Numbered from the stretch's first letter, positions 42,481 to 53,802 are shown. The stretch is 64,000 nucleotides of DNA from an uncultured delta proteobacterium (GCA_963778655.1 CAVZVA010000005.1:1-64000); one strand, 5' to 3'. Notes: generated by a model from the sequence alone, not told the origin. A program made the numbers and translations.

Positions 42481-44058
42481 ATGCGCGAACGTTTTCGGGC
42501 TCACGGCAAGCTTCCGGTCTTGGTGGTCGCGGCATGGGCGCTTGCCGCGTGCGAGAATGCGGGCACAGGCGACCGCGGGCTGTGTGATCAAGGCCTGTGC
42601 GCAGCAGGCAGCGGCGCTCCCGCTGCCAGCCCCACGGGTAGTCCCACGAGCAGCGGCGGCAGCGGGCCTGGGGGCGGCTCTGGGGGGCGTGCGGCCGCGT
42701 CCGGGGGAAGCGGCGGCGGCAGCGCGGTCGCGCCCGGCGGCCCGAGCGCGGGGAGTGCCGGCAGCGTCTCGGCGAGCGGCGGCACCGGCGGCGGCGGCAT
42801 GCCGGGCACCAGCAGCACGGGGGGCACGGGGGGCAGCGGTGGAACCGGGGGCACGGACGCGGGGGCCGCGCAGCCACCGCTGCCGGACTTCACGCTGGTG
42901 GTCGACGCGCCGGCCGACGGGGCCACGGTCTCGGGCACCGTCACGGTCAGCGGTCGCGCGCCCGGCTTCTTGAACGTCGAGGTGTGGGACGCGACGCACC
43001 AGAACCCGCCGCTGGTCCAGGCCACGCCCGCGGCGGACGGCGCGTTCAGCGCCAGCGTCGATGCCTCGGCGCTGGCCAGCGGCTCGAGCACCTGGACGGT
43101 CTACGCCTGGGACAGCGGGCCCGGCCAGAGCTTCATGCACACGGCCAACGTGCCGCTCAACCTGACCATCGGGCCGGCGTCGAGCGGCGGAGATCCCTGC
43201 GCGGGGCAGACCTGCTCGGGTCACGGCAGCTGCAGCGCCAGCGGCGGCTCCGCGAGCTGCGGCTGCGATGCGGGCTATCACGCGGTCTCGCTCAGCTGCA
43301 TCGCGGATTCGTCGGGCGGAGGCGGCGGCGGCTCGCCCGATCCGGGCACCTCCTACGTGCCCAGCGGCTACACGCTCAAGTTCAGCGACGAGTTCGACGG
43401 CAGCACGCTCGACACCGGCAAGTGGAACACGCTGGCGCCGTTCGGAGTGCAGTTCTTCTCGGACTCGCACCAGAAGCAGGCCTTCGTGCCCGAGGGCGTC
43501 ACCGTGCACGACGGCGTAGCCACCTTCACCGCCAAGCGCGCCAGCGGCGCCAGCAACGCCAACGGGCAGCCGTATACGTCCGGCAGCATCACCACCAACG
43601 GCACGTTCACCTACGGCTACTTCGAGACGCGGGCCCGGGTCCCGGCCGGCAAGGGCTTCTGGCCCGCGTACTGGCTGACCAGCTCGAGCCGCTGGCCGCC
43701 AGAGTGGGACATCTTCGAGATCATCGACGGGGTGATCTACGGCTACACACACCCGGTGTCGGGCGGCACGTGCTCGTTCGTCGACGGAGCGGCGGGCAGC
43801 GACGACACCTACACGATTGCCAACGTGTACGGCCAGTACCACATCTACGGGTTCGAGTGGACCGCATCGGAGCTGTTCTGGTACGTCGACGGCGTGATGA
43901 CCGAGCACTACCAGGTCAACGCGGCTGCGGGCGCAAACGATCCCTTCTGGCTCAACATCTCACTGCAGGTGGGAGGCGACTGGCCCGGCGACCCGGACAG
44001 CTCGACGCCCCTGCCGTCGACGATGGACGTGGATTACATGCGCGTGTACCAGAAGTGA
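42481..44058 (+). CDS. GH16 glycoside hydrolase lipoprotein (Gly-rich linker, Ig-like and EGF-like domains)
   Basis: Lipobox LAAC; FSDEFDG, YGYFETR, WPAYWL, catalytic EWDIFE (ExDxxE), VDYMRVYQ; EGF-like CSGHGSC...CGCDAGY. Confidence 0.88.
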   Translation: MRERFRAHGKLPVLVVAAWALAACENAGTGDRGLCDQGLCAAGSGAPAASPTGSPTSSGGSGPGGGSGGRAAASGGSGGGSAVAPGGPSAGSAGSVSASGGTGGGGMPGTSSTGGTGGSGGTGGTDAGAAQPPLPDFTLVVDAPADGATVSGTVTVSGRAPGFLNVEVWDATHQNPPLVQATPAADGAFSASVDASALASGSSTWTVYAWDSGPGQSFMHTANVPLNLTIGPASSGGDPCAGQTCSGHGSCSASGGSASCGCDAGYHAVSLSCIADSSGGGGGGSPDPGTSYVPSGYTLKFSDEFDGSTLDTGKWNTLAPFGVQFFSDSHQKQAFVPEGVTVHDGVATFTAKRASGASNANGQPYTSGSITTNGTFTYGYFETRARVPAGKGFWPAYWLTSSSRWPPEWDIFEIIDGVIYGYTHPVSGGTCSFVDGAAGSDDTYTIANVYGQYHIYGFEWTASELFWYVDGVMTEHYQVNAAAGANDPFWLNISLQVGGDWPGDPDSSTPLPSTMDVDYMRVYQK

Positions 44059-44276
44059 CGCGTTGCGGTGCCGGCGCGGCAGCGCTCCCGGTGACGGCGT
44101 CCGCTCACGCCTGCGAGCCCGGATCGTTTCCGCCCGTCCCGGCAGCGCCGTCCGAACGGGCGGCGCGGCGCGCGACCGGCGGCGAGGCGCCGGTCGATTT
44201 CGCTTCGCGTCCGGTGTCCGTCGGGGCGCGCCGCTTTACAGCCGACGAACGCTTGCAGTAGCCTGTCCATTTGCCG

Positions 44277-45767
44277 ATGGCCCGCTTTCTGCTTGCGATC
44301 GATCAAGGGACCACGGGCTCGACCGCGCTCGTGCTCTCCGACCACGCCGAGGTGCTGGCGCGGGCCACCAGCGAGTTTCCGCAGCACTTCCCGCAGCCCG
44401 GCTGGGTCGAGCACGAGCTCGAGGAGATCTGGGCGAGCGTGCTGTCGTCGGTGCGTGACGCGCTGCGAGCGGCCGCAGTCGACCCCAAGGACTGCGCCGC
44501 GATCGGCATCACCAACCAGCGCGAGACCACGCTCTTGTGGGAGCGGCAGAGCGGGCGGCCGATCCATCGCGCGATCGTGTGGCAGGATCGGCGTACCGCG
44601 GGGCGCTGCGCGGAGCTGAAGGCGGCCGGGCTCGAGCCGCTGTTTCGCGAGCACACCGGCCTGGTGATCGACCCCTACTTCAGCGGCACCAAGCTGGAGT
44701 GGCTGCTCGACCACGTCGACGGCGCGCGCGCGCGCGCCGAGCGCGGCGAGCTGTGCTTCGGCACCATCGACTGCTGGCTCGCCTATCGCCTGAGCGGCGG
44801 CGCGCTACACGTGACCGACGCCTCCAACGCCTCGCGCACCCTGCTGTACGACATTCGCAGCGGCGCCTGGGAGCCGAAGCTGCTGCAGGCGCTGCGCGTG
44901 CCCGCCGCTGTGCTGCCCGAGGTCCGCGGCAACTCCGAGGTCTACGGCCACGTGCGCGGCGTGACCGGCCTGCCGGACGGCATTCCGATCGCGGGCATGG
45001 CGGGCGACCAGCAGGCCGCGCTGTTCGGGCAGACCTGCTTCGCGCTGGGCGACGCCAAGTGCACCTACGGCACCGGGGCGTTTCTGCTGATGAACACCGG
45101 CGAGCAGGCGATGCGCTCGCAGCACGGGCTGGTCAGCACGGTGGCCTGGCGCATCGGCGGCCGCACCACCTACGCGCTCGAGGGCAGCGCGTTCGTGGCC
45201 GGCAGCGCGGTGCAGTGGTTGCGCGACCAGCTCGGTATCATCTCGAGCGCCGCCGAGGTCGAGGCGCTCGCGCGCAAGGTCGAGTCCTCCGAGGGCGTGG
45301 TGTTCGTGCCGGCGCTGGCCGGCCTGGGCGCGCCGCACTGGGACCCGGAGGCGCGCGGGCTGATCTGCGGGTTGACCCGCGGCAGCTCGGCCGCCCACCT
45401 GGCGCGCGCCACGCTCGAGGGCATCGCGTTCCAGATCGCGGAGCTGGCGCAGGCGATGATGAAGGACGCGGGCCGTCCGATCGGGCGCCTGCGCGTCGAC
45501 GGCGGCGCCTCGATGAACGCGCTGCTGATGCAGTTTCAGGCCGACCTGCTGGACCTGCCGATCGACCGCCCGGCTTGCGTCGAAACCACGGCCCTGGGCG
45601 CCGCGTACCTGGCCGGGCTGGCGGTGTCGGTGTTCGCGGACACCGCGGCGATTGCGCGGGTGCACCGCGTCGAGCGCACGTTCGCCCCCGCCATGAGCCC
45701 GGCGCAGCGCGAGCAACACTTGAACAGATGGCGCGTGGCGGTACAACGCGCCAGGAGCCACGCTTAA
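44277..45767 (+). CDS. glpK: Glycerol kinase
   Basis: [54 protein letters not shown]. Confidence 0.96.
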   Translation: MARFLLAIDQGTTGSTALVLSDHAEVLARATSEFPQHFPQPGWVEHELEEIWASVLSSVRDALRAAAVDPKDCAAIGITNQRETTLLWERQSGRPIHRAIVWQDRRTAGRCAELKAAGLEPLFREHTGLVIDPYFSGTKLEWLLDHVDGARARAERGELCFGTIDCWLAYRLSGGALHVTDASNASRTLLYDIRSGAWEPKLLQALRVPAAVLPEVRGNSEVYGHVRGVTGLPDGIPIAGMAGDQQAALFGQTCFALGDAKCTYGTGAFLLMNTGEQAMRSQHGLVSTVAWRIGGRTTYALEGSAFVAGSAVQWLRDQLGIISSAAEVEALARKVESSEGVVFVPALAGLGAPHWDPEARGLICGLTRGSSAAHLARATLEGIAFQIAELAQAMMKDAGRPIGRLRVDGGASMNALLMQFQADLLDLPIDRPACVETTALGAAYLAGLAVSVFADTAAIARVHRVERTFAPAMSPAQREQHLNRWRVAVQRARSHA

Positions 45768-45770
45768 ACC

Positions 45771-46496
45771 ATGAACGCCGACAAGCCGAGCCACGCGGGC
45801 GCCTACCGGGACGTGCCGATCGCCTGGGAGTCGCTCGAGGACGCGTTCGAGAACAACGCGCCCGAGGTGCACAGCTACCTCAACCTCGAGAGCGGCGACG
45901 TGGTGCGCATCGTGGATGGCGTCGCCGAGCCCGCCACGCACGCGCGCATCGCGGCCGATCCGGGCTACATGCGCATCGATCCGGTCTCCTCGCGCGAGCA
46001 GTACCGCTGGATGGAGCGCTTCATCGCCACCATCGAGGACGTGGAGCTGCGCCAGAAGCTGGTGGCCGCGATCGACGGCAAGGGTGCGTTCCGGCGCTTC
46101 AAGGACGTGCTGATGACCTATCCGATCGACCGCGAGCGCTGGTTCGCGTTTCGCTCGGAGCGCCTGCGGATCGCGATCGAGTCGTGGCTGGAGGCCCACG
46201 GGCTGCAAGCCCAGGAGCGCGAGCAGTGGCAAGTGCCGACCGCCGACCAGGTCAAGGCCGCGGTCGAGCAGCACGAGCGCACGCAGCCGGCCCGCAAGAG
46301 CCGCGCCGCGGTCGCGGAGGCCACCCGGCACCGCCTGCGCGAGCTGTGCGATCTGCTGCCCGTGCGCGAGCTGGAGCTGGCGCAAGAGTTTCTGGAGTTC
46401 CTGCGCGAGCGGCGGCCGCTGCCGCGCCCGCGCGTGCGCGGCGGCGAGGTCGCGGGCGGCGAAGCCCAGAGCCCCGAGCAAGACGATGAGGCATGA
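45771..46496 (+). CDS. UPF0158 family protein
   Basis: [33 protein letters not shown]. Confidence 0.85.
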   Translation: MNADKPSHAGAYRDVPIAWESLEDAFENNAPEVHSYLNLESGDVVRIVDGVAEPATHARIAADPGYMRIDPVSSREQYRWMERFIATIEDVELRQKLVAAIDGKGAFRRFKDVLMTYPIDRERWFAFRSERLRIAIESWLEAHGLQAQEREQWQVPTADQVKAAVEQHERTQPARKSRAAVAEATRHRLRELCDLLPVRELELAQEFLEFLRERRPLPRPRVRGGEVAGGEAQSPEQDDEA

Positions 46497-47235
46497 GCCG
46501 CGGGCGCGCGGCGGGCGCTCTACCCGCGCGCGGCAAGCGGGAAGTCGCGCGGGGGCCTGGCTGGCGCTGTCGTGGGGAGCGCTCGCGCTGGGCGCGTGGC
46601 TCGGGCCCGCGCGCGGCGCTCGTGCCGACGCCACCCCGGTCCGGCTCGACGGCCTGGCCGCGGTGGTCGGCGGCAACGCCCCCGGCCCCGGCGTCGACGT
46701 GGTGCTGCAGAGCGACGTGGAGCTGCGCGCGCGCATCACGCTCGGCGGCCGCAGCAATGAGCCGCTGCAGCTGGGGCCGATCCCCAGCACGCTGCTTTCG
46801 GCCACGCTCAACGAGATCATCGGCGAGCTGCTGATCGCGCGCGAGGCGCGCCGGGTTCAGGCGGCGGCGCCGGCCGCGGCCGACGTCGTGCGCGAGCGCA
46901 AGCGGCTCGCGCTTTCGGCGGGCGGCCAGGCGCGCATGCGCGAGCTGCTCGACGCGCTCGCAGCGTTGCCCGGCGAGCTCGAGGCGGTGGCGCGCCGGCG
47001 CGCCGTGGTCGGGGCGTTCCTGAGCGCCAACCTCGAAGGCGTCACCGTGGTGACCGATGCCGAGGTCGAGCGCGCCTACGCGGCGCAGGGCGGGCGGGCT
47101 ACCGGGAGCGACCGCGATCAGGCGCTGCGCGCGCTGCGCGCCAAGCTCTCGCGCGAGGCGCTCAATCGCACCATCGAGCGCTGGGTCACGGTGTTGCGCT
47201 CGCGCACGCCGGTGCGCATCTACGTGCAATACTGA
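46486..47235 (+). CDS. Exported hypothetical protein (SurA N-domain-like)
   Basis: [34 protein letters not shown]. Confidence 0.6.
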   Translation: MRHEPRARGGRSTRARQAGSRAGAWLALSWGALALGAWLGPARGARADATPVRLDGLAAVVGGNAPGPGVDVVLQSDVELRARITLGGRSNEPLQLGPIPSTLLSATLNEIIGELLIAREARRVQAAAPAAADVVRERKRLALSAGGQARMRELLDALAALPGELEAVARRRAVVGAFLSANLEGVTVVTDAEVERAYAAQGGRATGSDRDQALRALRAKLSREALNRTIERWVTVLRSRTPVRIYVQY

Positions 47236-47294
47236 CGCTTCGGCGCTAGGTCTTCGGCGATCCAGCCGCGCGCGGTCACGGCGCAAGGACGGCG

Positions 47295-47753
47295 ATGCCG
47301 ATCGACTCCAAAGCCAGCATCCTGCCTGCGCGGCCCGGCGATCTCGAAGCCGTGTACCGCATCGCGGAGGAGTCGTTTCCGGTGCCCTGGCCACTCGAGG
47401 AGCTGCGCAAGGAGCTGGGCCGGCCGTTCTCCGCGCTGCGCGTGCTGCGGCCGCAGCCCGAGGCGCCGATCGCCGGCTTCCTCAACTACTGGCGCGTGGC
47501 CGACGAGCTGCAGCTCATGAACGTCGCGGTCGCTCCCGCGCAGCGGCGCCGGGGTCACGGGCGCGCGCTGCTCGAGGACTTGCTGCGCATCGCCCGCGCG
47601 CTCGCGGTGGCGTCGGTGAGCCTGGAGGTGCGTCCCTCCAACCAGGCTGCGATTCGGCTCTACCAGGCGTATGGTTTCGCGCGCATCGGGCTTCGCCCCA
47701 GGTACTACTCCGACAACGCCGAGGACGCCCTGGTCATGCGCATCGCCCCGTGA
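47295..47753 (+). CDS. rimI: Ribosomal protein alanine N-acetyltransferase
   Basis: SFPVPW, NVAVAP..RRRGHG, LEVRPSN..AIRLY, RPRYY...EDALVM. Confidence 0.9.
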   Translation: MPIDSKASILPARPGDLEAVYRIAEESFPVPWPLEELRKELGRPFSALRVLRPQPEAPIAGFLNYWRVADELQLMNVAVAPAQRRRGHGRALLEDLLRIARALAVASVSLEVRPSNQAAIRLYQAYGFARIGLRPRYYSDNAEDALVMRIAP

Positions 47754-47894
47754 GTCGGCCTGTGAGCAAAGCGTCGCAATGGACGTCCGCAACTGGGGCT
47801 GCTACGGATAACTTTCGGAGCGACGCGCTGGTCCGGCGCCCGGGGTCGCGCGCCGCAGCGGCGGGTGCCATCGGGGCACCCGGGTGCGAGGAGA

Positions 47895-49244
47895 ATGCGG
47901 TTGTCTCCCGACGATAAACGGGACCTGCCAGAGCTGCCGGAGCGAGAGCAGGCGGAACCGTCGGCCGGCACCGCGGTCGCGCCCGATCAAGCCGATCCCG
48001 CGCAGGCCCCGGCTGCGGCCGCCGGAGCCGCCCCGAGCGCGGCCGAGGATGCGCCGGGCGACGGCGGCGACGACCTCGATGCGCTCGCGGGCTGCTTGCC
48101 CGGTCCGCCCGACGCGGGCGCCGAGCCGGGCGAAGGCGACTCGAACGCGGGCGCCGCGCCGCACGTGGAGCACGGCGAGTCGGGCGACGACGACGGCCGG
48201 CTCGATCTCGGGCAGCTGGTGGCGAGCGCGCGGCGCTCGCTTTTGCCCGCGGCGCCGGTGGCGGACGACGACGCAACGCACCCGGCGGCTGCGCTCGGGG
48301 TGCCGCCCGGGTTGTCGTCCTCGATCGCCCCTGGCGCGCAGCTCGCACCGCGCCCCGCGCGCGCGGCTTGGCTGATGCCCTTGCTGGTGGGCGTGGGCTT
48401 GGGCGTGGGCATCGCAGGCACGCTGTTCGGCCTCTCGGCGCGGCGCGCGGCGCCCGCGAGCGCGCCGGCGGCGGCGGCCCCGAGCAGACCGCCCCCAGCC
48501 GCCGTGGCCGCGGCCGAACCGGCTGGGGGCACGCCGGCCGGAGCGGCCGCGACGCCGCCGGCGCCTGCGGCCGAGCCCAGCCTTGGCCCGGCGCCGGCTG
48601 CCGCCCCCGCCGCCACCCCGAGCCCGGCGCCGGCGACCGCCGAGCCCGCGCGCGCGCCCGCCCCCGTGCACACCGAGCCCGCGGCGGCGCGGGTCGCTGC
48701 CAGCCCCGCGCGCCCCCGTGCGCCTGCGCCTGCCGCCGCGCCGACGCCGGCTGCCGCGCCGGGAGCGGTCGCCCAAGCGCCCGCGCCCCCCGCCGCGGAG
48801 CCGGCCGGCGAGGTCGCCACCAAGGGCCCCGCGGCCGAGGTCGCGGCGGCCGCGGCCAAGGACGCCCCCGCGCCGAGCGGGTCGGTCGACGCGTTGCTCG
48901 ACGAAGCGCTGGCCCCGCCCGCGCGACGCCTGGCGCTCGAGCAGCGCCAGGCCGCCGCGCTCGCGGCCAACCAGCTGCCGCTGACGCCCAGCCGCGAGGA
49001 CGTGACCCAGGCGATGACCGTGATGCTGCCCGCCATCCGCGGCTGCGCCATGGGCCAGCGCGGGCTCGCCACCGCAAGCATCATCGTGCAGGGCGACGGC
49101 CGCGTGGTCGGGGTCGAGGTGGTGGGCGCGCCCTTTGCCGGCACTCCCAGCGGCCGCTGCATGGAGGGCGTGATCCGGCACGCGCACTTCCCGCGCTTCC
49201 GGCAACCCACCTTCCGCATCCGCTTTCCTCTCTCGATCCAGTGA
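47895..49244 (+). CDS. Membrane protein with Pro/Ala linker and TonB-C/AgmX-like C-terminal domain
   Basis: Single TM segment, long Ala/Pro tract, C-terminal Cys pair (IRGC...GRC...FPRF); GAGGAG RBS. Confidence 0.65.
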   Translation: MRLSPDDKRDLPELPEREQAEPSAGTAVAPDQADPAQAPAAAAGAAPSAAEDAPGDGGDDLDALAGCLPGPPDAGAEPGEGDSNAGAAPHVEHGESGDDDGRLDLGQLVASARRSLLPAAPVADDDATHPAAALGVPPGLSSSIAPGAQLAPRPARAAWLMPLLVGVGLGVGIAGTLFGLSARRAAPASAPAAAAPSRPPPAAVAAAEPAGGTPAGAAATPPAPAAEPSLGPAPAAAPAATPSPAPATAEPARAPAPVHTEPAAARVAASPARPRAPAPAAAPTPAAAPGAVAQAPAPPAAEPAGEVATKGPAAEVAAAAAKDAPAPSGSVDALLDEALAPPARRLALEQRQAAALAANQLPLTPSREDVTQAMTVMLPAIRGCAMGQRGLATASIIVQGDGRVVGVEVVGAPFAGTPSGRCMEGVIRHAHFPRFRQPTFRIRFPLSIQ

Positions 49245-49257
49245 AGCGGGGCGGGCG

Positions 49258-49863
49258 ATGAGCGTTGTCGTGTCGGCCCGCCGCAGCACGCTGATCGCGG
49301 CGCTGGGTTTGGTGGCGCTGGGCTGCGGCGCGCGGCAGCAGAAGGGCCCCACCGAGCCGCTGCCGCTGCCGCCGGGCGCCGCGGCAGAGCAAGCGCTCGA
49401 CGACCTGGGGCGCCGCCTGTACCAGGCGCTGGCACGCGGGCGCCCCGACGAGATCATGCTGAGCGACTCGGCGCTGCGCGCGCTGCTGCTGCCCGAGGCC
49501 GCGAGCCGGGCCATGACCCTGCGGCACGCTCGACCGGGGCTGCGGGTGATGGCGCCCGACGAGCGCGCGCTGTTCAGCGCCGCGCGCTACGCGGGCATCT
49601 GCGTGCAGCAAGGGCGCTCCGAGCCGCGCGGCGGCCCGCTCGGCCTGCGCGCCCCCGGCTTCTGCTTCGAGCGCGCGCTGATCATCGGGCGTGAGCCCGG
49701 CGGCGGTGCGATCGCCAGCTGGGTAGAGGGACGCTTCGTCAACACCGATGCCGGCTTCGGCGCACTGAGCCTGGAGCGTGTCGAGCCCCCGCGGCGCGAC
49801 CACGCAGATCTGGAGCTCGCGGTGTGCGAGCTGAGGGCCGGTCCGATAGACCACAATATGTAG
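49258..49863 (+). CDS. Hypothetical lipoprotein
   Basis: Lipobox VALGC; in operon context. Confidence 0.65.
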   Translation: MSVVVSARRSTLIAALGLVALGCGARQQKGPTEPLPLPPGAAAEQALDDLGRRLYQALARGRPDEIMLSDSALRALLLPEAASRAMTLRHARPGLRVMAPDERALFSAARYAGICVQQGRSEPRGGPLGLRAPGFCFERALIIGREPGGGAIASWVEGRFVNTDAGFGALSLERVEPPRRDHADLELAVCELRAGPIDHNM

Positions 49864-49997
49864 TGGTGGGCTGTCGCTCAGGCTACCAGATTCAGAAGGC
49901 GTCGTTGCAAGCCCGAAAGCCCGATGGTACCCCATTCGGGGCTTTCAGACCTTTTTTGGGGCGATTCCACGCCCAGCCCTCCGAGGGATCACCGGGG

Positions 49998-52900
49998 ATG
50001 AAAATCAAGAAGCTCGAGGTCGTTGGGTTCAAGTCGTTCGTCGACCGGACCGTGTTGCACTTCGATCACGAGGTGACTTGCATCGTCGGGCCCAACGGCT
50101 GCGGCAAGTCCAACGTCGTCGACGCGATCCGCTGGGCGATGGGCGAGCAGTCGGCCAAAACGCTGCGCGGCCGCGGCATGGAGGACGTGATCTTCAACGG
50201 CGCGGAGTCGCGCGGCCCGGTCGGCCTGGCCGAGGTCTCGATCACCTTCGACAACCAGGACCGGATCGCGCCGCCCGAGTACAACGACTACGCCGAGATC
50301 CAGGTCACGCGCAGGCTCGATCGGCAGGGCAACAGCGAGTACCTGATCAACAAGACCCACGTCCGCCTAATGGACGTCACCAACCTGTTTCTCGGCACCG
50401 GCGTGGGGCGCAAGTCCTCGTACTCGATCGTGGAGCAGGGGCGCATCGGGCTGATCGTGTCGGCCAAGCCGCTCGACCGGCGCACGTTGATCGAGGAGGC
50501 GGCCGGCATCACCAAGTTCAAGGCCAAGAAGGTCGCGGCCGAGCGCAAGATGGAATACACGCAGCAGAACCTGCTGCGCGTCAGCGACGTCATCGGCGAG
50601 CTGCAGAACACCCTGGCCACGCTCAAGCGCCAGGCACAGAAGGCCGAGCGCTACAAGCGCTACCGCACCGAGATCCGCGATCTCGAGCTGTGGGTGGCCG
50701 CGCATCGCTGGCTCGAGCTCACCAGCGGTCACCGCGTGTTGCAGTCGCGGCTGAGCGAGGTGGAGGCCAAGGTCGAAGGCGCGCGCGCCGCGCTGCGCGT
50801 GCGTGAGGCCGAGCTCGAGGCCGAGCGTCTGACTCTGCAGGGCGTCGAGACCGAGCTCTCGGACGCTCAGGCGCGCGCCTACGAGGCCGACAACGGGGTG
50901 CGCCTGCTGGAGAGCGAAGTGCAGCACCGCCAACAGCAGGCGGAGGCGCTGCGCGAGCGCGAGGCCAATGCGCGGCGTGAGACCGAGGGGCTGCTCGGCC
51001 AGCGCGAGGCGCTGGCGGCCGAGGCCAGCGGCATCGGCGTGCGCCTGCAGGGCCTGCGCGAGAACGAGCAGGCCGAGGCGGACGTGCTCGCGCGCGAGAG
51101 TCAAGAGCTCGAGCGGCGGCGCCAGGCGAGCGAGGAAGCCGAGCGCCTGCAGCTCGCCGCGCGTGAGCGCCTGAGCGAGGCCGACAAGCGCATCGCGCGC
51201 GCGGACGCGCTGCTGCTGGCGTTGGAGCAGCGCCGCAGCGACCAGCGCGCGCGGCTTTCGCGGATCGAAGCCGAGCAGCGCGAGCTGGTCGATCGCGAGG
51301 CCGAGCTGCGGCAGCAGGCCGACGAGCTGCGCGCCCGGCTGTCCGGGCTGCGCAGCGACAAGGCCACGATCGGCGAGCAGCGCGGGCACCTGGAGCAGGA
51401 GCTCGCGGGGCTGCGCCAGCAGATCGTGCACAGCGACGAGCGCGTGGAGCAGCTGCGCTCGCAGCTGGCGGAGAAGCGCTCGCGGCTACGCTCGCTCGAA
51501 GAGATCCAGCAGCGCTTCGAAGGCGTGGGCGCGGGCGTGCGCGCGGTGATGACGGGCTTCTCGGGCGCGGGCGCTGGCGAGCGCACGCGCGTGCACGGGC
51601 TGGTGGCCGATCGCTTCGAGTGCCCGCCCGAGCTGACGCGTGCGCTGGCGGCGGCGCTGGGCGAGAAGCTGCAGTACGTGGTGGTCGACGATCTGGCCAC
51701 CGGCGTGGACGCGGTGCGCTACCTGAGCGAGGGCCGGCGGGGGCGCGCCACGCTGATCCCGAGCGTGCCGAGCGGGGAGCGCGCGACGCGTGACGCGCTG
51801 CCGGCGGACGCGGGCGTGGTCGGACCTTTGCTCGAGCTGGTCGAGGTCGCCGCCCAGGATCGCGCGCTGGCCGAGCACCTGCTCGGCGACGTGATGGTGG
51901 TGGAGAGCCTGGAGGCGGCGCGCGCGATCCACGAGCTGGGCCAGGGGGCGCACGTGCTGGTCACGCGCGACGGCCAGCTGCTGTCGGCCGACGGGACGCT
52001 GTCGGGCGGCGACGGCGAGGACGTGGGCGCGCACCTGCTCGAGGTCAAGCGCGAGCTGCGCGAGCTGGCCGACGACGTGGCGCAGCTGGAGACGGAGATG
52101 GACGCTGCGCGCGCCCACCACGGCTCGCTGCGCAGCGCGATCGCGCAGCGCCAGGCCGCGATCGAGAGCACGCGCAGCGATGCGCACGAGCACGAGATCG
52201 GTCTGGTCAAGGCGGAGCGTGACCTCAGGCGGGTCGAGGACACGGCGACCGAGAGCGGGCAGCGTGCCCACAACCTCGCGCAGGAGGGCGCCTCGCTCGC
52301 GCCGCTGCTGCAGGGGGGCGGCGACGAGGAGAGCGCAGCGCGCGGCGAGCGCGCCGAGGCCGAAGACGCCAGGGCGGCGGCCTTGGCCGAGCTGGCCGCG
52401 GCCGACGAGGTCCAGCGCACGCGCAAGGCGCTGGTCGAGGAGCAAAACGACGTGGTGACCGAGGTGCGCGTGCGCGCGGCCGAAGCCAAGCAGCGGGTCG
52501 AAGGCGACCAGGCGGTGGTCGAGCGGCTGCAGCGCTCGCTCGCGGAGCTCGACGCACGCGAGGCGCGCCTGCGCGAGGAGCTGCAGGATCTCGCGCACCA
52601 GCAGGGCGAGCTGGTGGGCTCGGTGGCGCGCGATCGCGAGCTGCTCACCGAGCGCGTGGCCGAGGCGCTCGAGCGCAACGACCAGGTGAGCGCGCTGAAG
52701 GCGCAGTACGAGGAGGCGCGTGCGCGCCTGGCCGAGCACGAGCAAGGCCTGCGTGCGGTCCGGGTGACGATCGAGGACGAGGGCAAGCGCCTGAGCGAGT
52801 TCAGCCTGGAGGAGCGCGAAGCGGTGCTGGCGATCGAGCACCTGCTCGAGGGCGTCTACGACCGCCACCGCGTCGACGTGCGCAAGGAGCTGACCGACTA

Positions 52901-53621
52901 CCACGATCGCGAGCTGCCCGACGAGGGCATCCACGGCCGCATCGACGAGCTACGGCGCATCGTCGAGCGCATGGGCGAGATCAACCTGATGGCGATCGAG
53001 GAGTACGAGGAGCGCAGCCAGCGCTACGAGTACCTGGTCGCGCAGAAGCAGGATCTCGAGACCGCGCTGGCCCAGCTCGACAAGGCGATCCGGCACATGA
53101 ACCGCAAGAGCCGCAGCATGTTCCGCGAGGCCTTCGACGAGGTGAACACCCGCTTCAAGAAGATGTTCCCGCGCATGTTCGGAGGCGGCCGCGCCGAGCT
53201 GCGGCTGACCGAGAGCGAGGATCTGCTCGAGGCCGGCATCGACATCGTGGCCCAGCCCCCGGGCAAGAAGCTCACCTCGATCGAGCTGATGAGCGGCGGC
53301 GAGAAGGCGCTCACCGCGGTCTCGTTGATCTTCTCGCTGTTCCAGTACCGGCCCTCGCCGTTTTGCCTGCTCGACGAGGTCGACGCGCCGCTCGACGAGG
53401 CCAACGTGGGCCGCTACTGCGAGATGATCCGCGAGATGACCGACCGCTCCCAGTTCATCTTGATCTCGCACAGCAAGACCACGATGCAGAGCGCCGACGT
53501 GTTGTACGGCGTCACCATGGAGACCCCCGGCATCTCCAAGCTGGTCAGCGTGGAGCTGCGCGACCGCAAGCCGGCCGGCGGCGATGGGTCGCACCAGGCG
53601 GCCGAAGCCGCGGTGGCCTGA
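49998..53621 (+). CDS. smc: Chromosome segregation protein SMC
   Basis: GFKSF, GPNGCGKSN, coiled coils, hinge GRATLIP, LMSGGEKA, LLDEVDAPLD. Confidence 0.97.
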   Translation: MKIKKLEVVGFKSFVDRTVLHFDHEVTCIVGPNGCGKSNVVDAIRWAMGEQSAKTLRGRGMEDVIFNGAESRGPVGLAEVSITFDNQDRIAPPEYNDYAEIQVTRRLDRQGNSEYLINKTHVRLMDVTNLFLGTGVGRKSSYSIVEQGRIGLIVSAKPLDRRTLIEEAAGITKFKAKKVAAERKMEYTQQNLLRVSDVIGELQNTLATLKRQAQKAERYKRYRTEIRDLELWVAAHRWLELTSGHRVLQSRLSEVEAKVEGARAALRVREAELEAERLTLQGVETELSDAQARAYEADNGVRLLESEVQHRQQQAEALREREANARRETEGLLGQREALAAEASGIGVRLQGLRENEQAEADVLARESQELERRRQASEEAERLQLAARERLSEADKRIARADALLLALEQRRSDQRARLSRIEAEQRELVDREAELRQQADELRARLSGLRSDKATIGEQRGHLEQELAGLRQQIVHSDERVEQLRSQLAEKRSRLRSLEEIQQRFEGVGAGVRAVMTGFSGAGAGERTRVHGLVADRFECPPELTRALAAALGEKLQYVVVDDLATGVDAVRYLSEGRRGRATLIPSVPSGERATRDALPADAGVVGPLLELVEVAAQDRALAEHLLGDVMVVESLEAARAIHELGQGAHVLVTRDGQLLSADGTLSGGDGEDVGAHLLEVKRELRELADDVAQLETEMDAARAHHGSLRSAIAQRQAAIESTRSDAHEHEIGLVKAERDLRRVEDTATESGQRAHNLAQEGASLAPLLQGGGDEESAARGERAEAEDARAAALAELAAADEVQRTRKALVEEQNDVVTEVRVRAAEAKQRVEGDQAVVERLQRSLAELDAREARLREELQDLAHQQGELVGSVARDRELLTERVAEALERNDQVSALKAQYEEARARLAEHEQGLRAVRVTIEDEGKRLSEFSLEEREAVLAIEHLLEGVYDRHRVDVRKELTDYHDRELPDEGIHGRIDELRRIVERMGEINLMAIEEYEERSQRYEYLVAQKQDLETALAQLDKAIRHMNRKSRSMFREAFDEVNTRFKKMFPRMFGGGRAELRLTESEDLLEAGIDIVAQPPGKKLTSIELMSGGEKALTAVSLIFSLFQYRPSPFCLLDEVDAPLDEANVGRYCEMIREMTDRSQFILISHSKTTMQSADVLYGVTMETPGISKLVSVELRDRKPAGGDGSHQAAEAAVA

Positions 53622-53802
53622 GGCCCCGAGCACGGACGACCTGCCCAGTTGCGGCTTGTGGGCGCGCGCGTTCGCGGCCTTCGTCCTCGAAAGAGCCCTC
53701 GAAATACAGCGAGTATTCGTGTGGCTCTCCTGCGGGCGTGCTGGCGATCGCGCTCCGCCGGCAAGCTGGCCGTGATCAGGTTGTTTGTGCTCGGGTCCTG
53801 AG
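53618..53802. repeat. Long-hairpin MITE-like element at the smc stop
   Basis: Inverted arms at 53625-53643 and 53777-53795, nested inner stems, and CTGAG on both sides. Confidence 0.6.
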
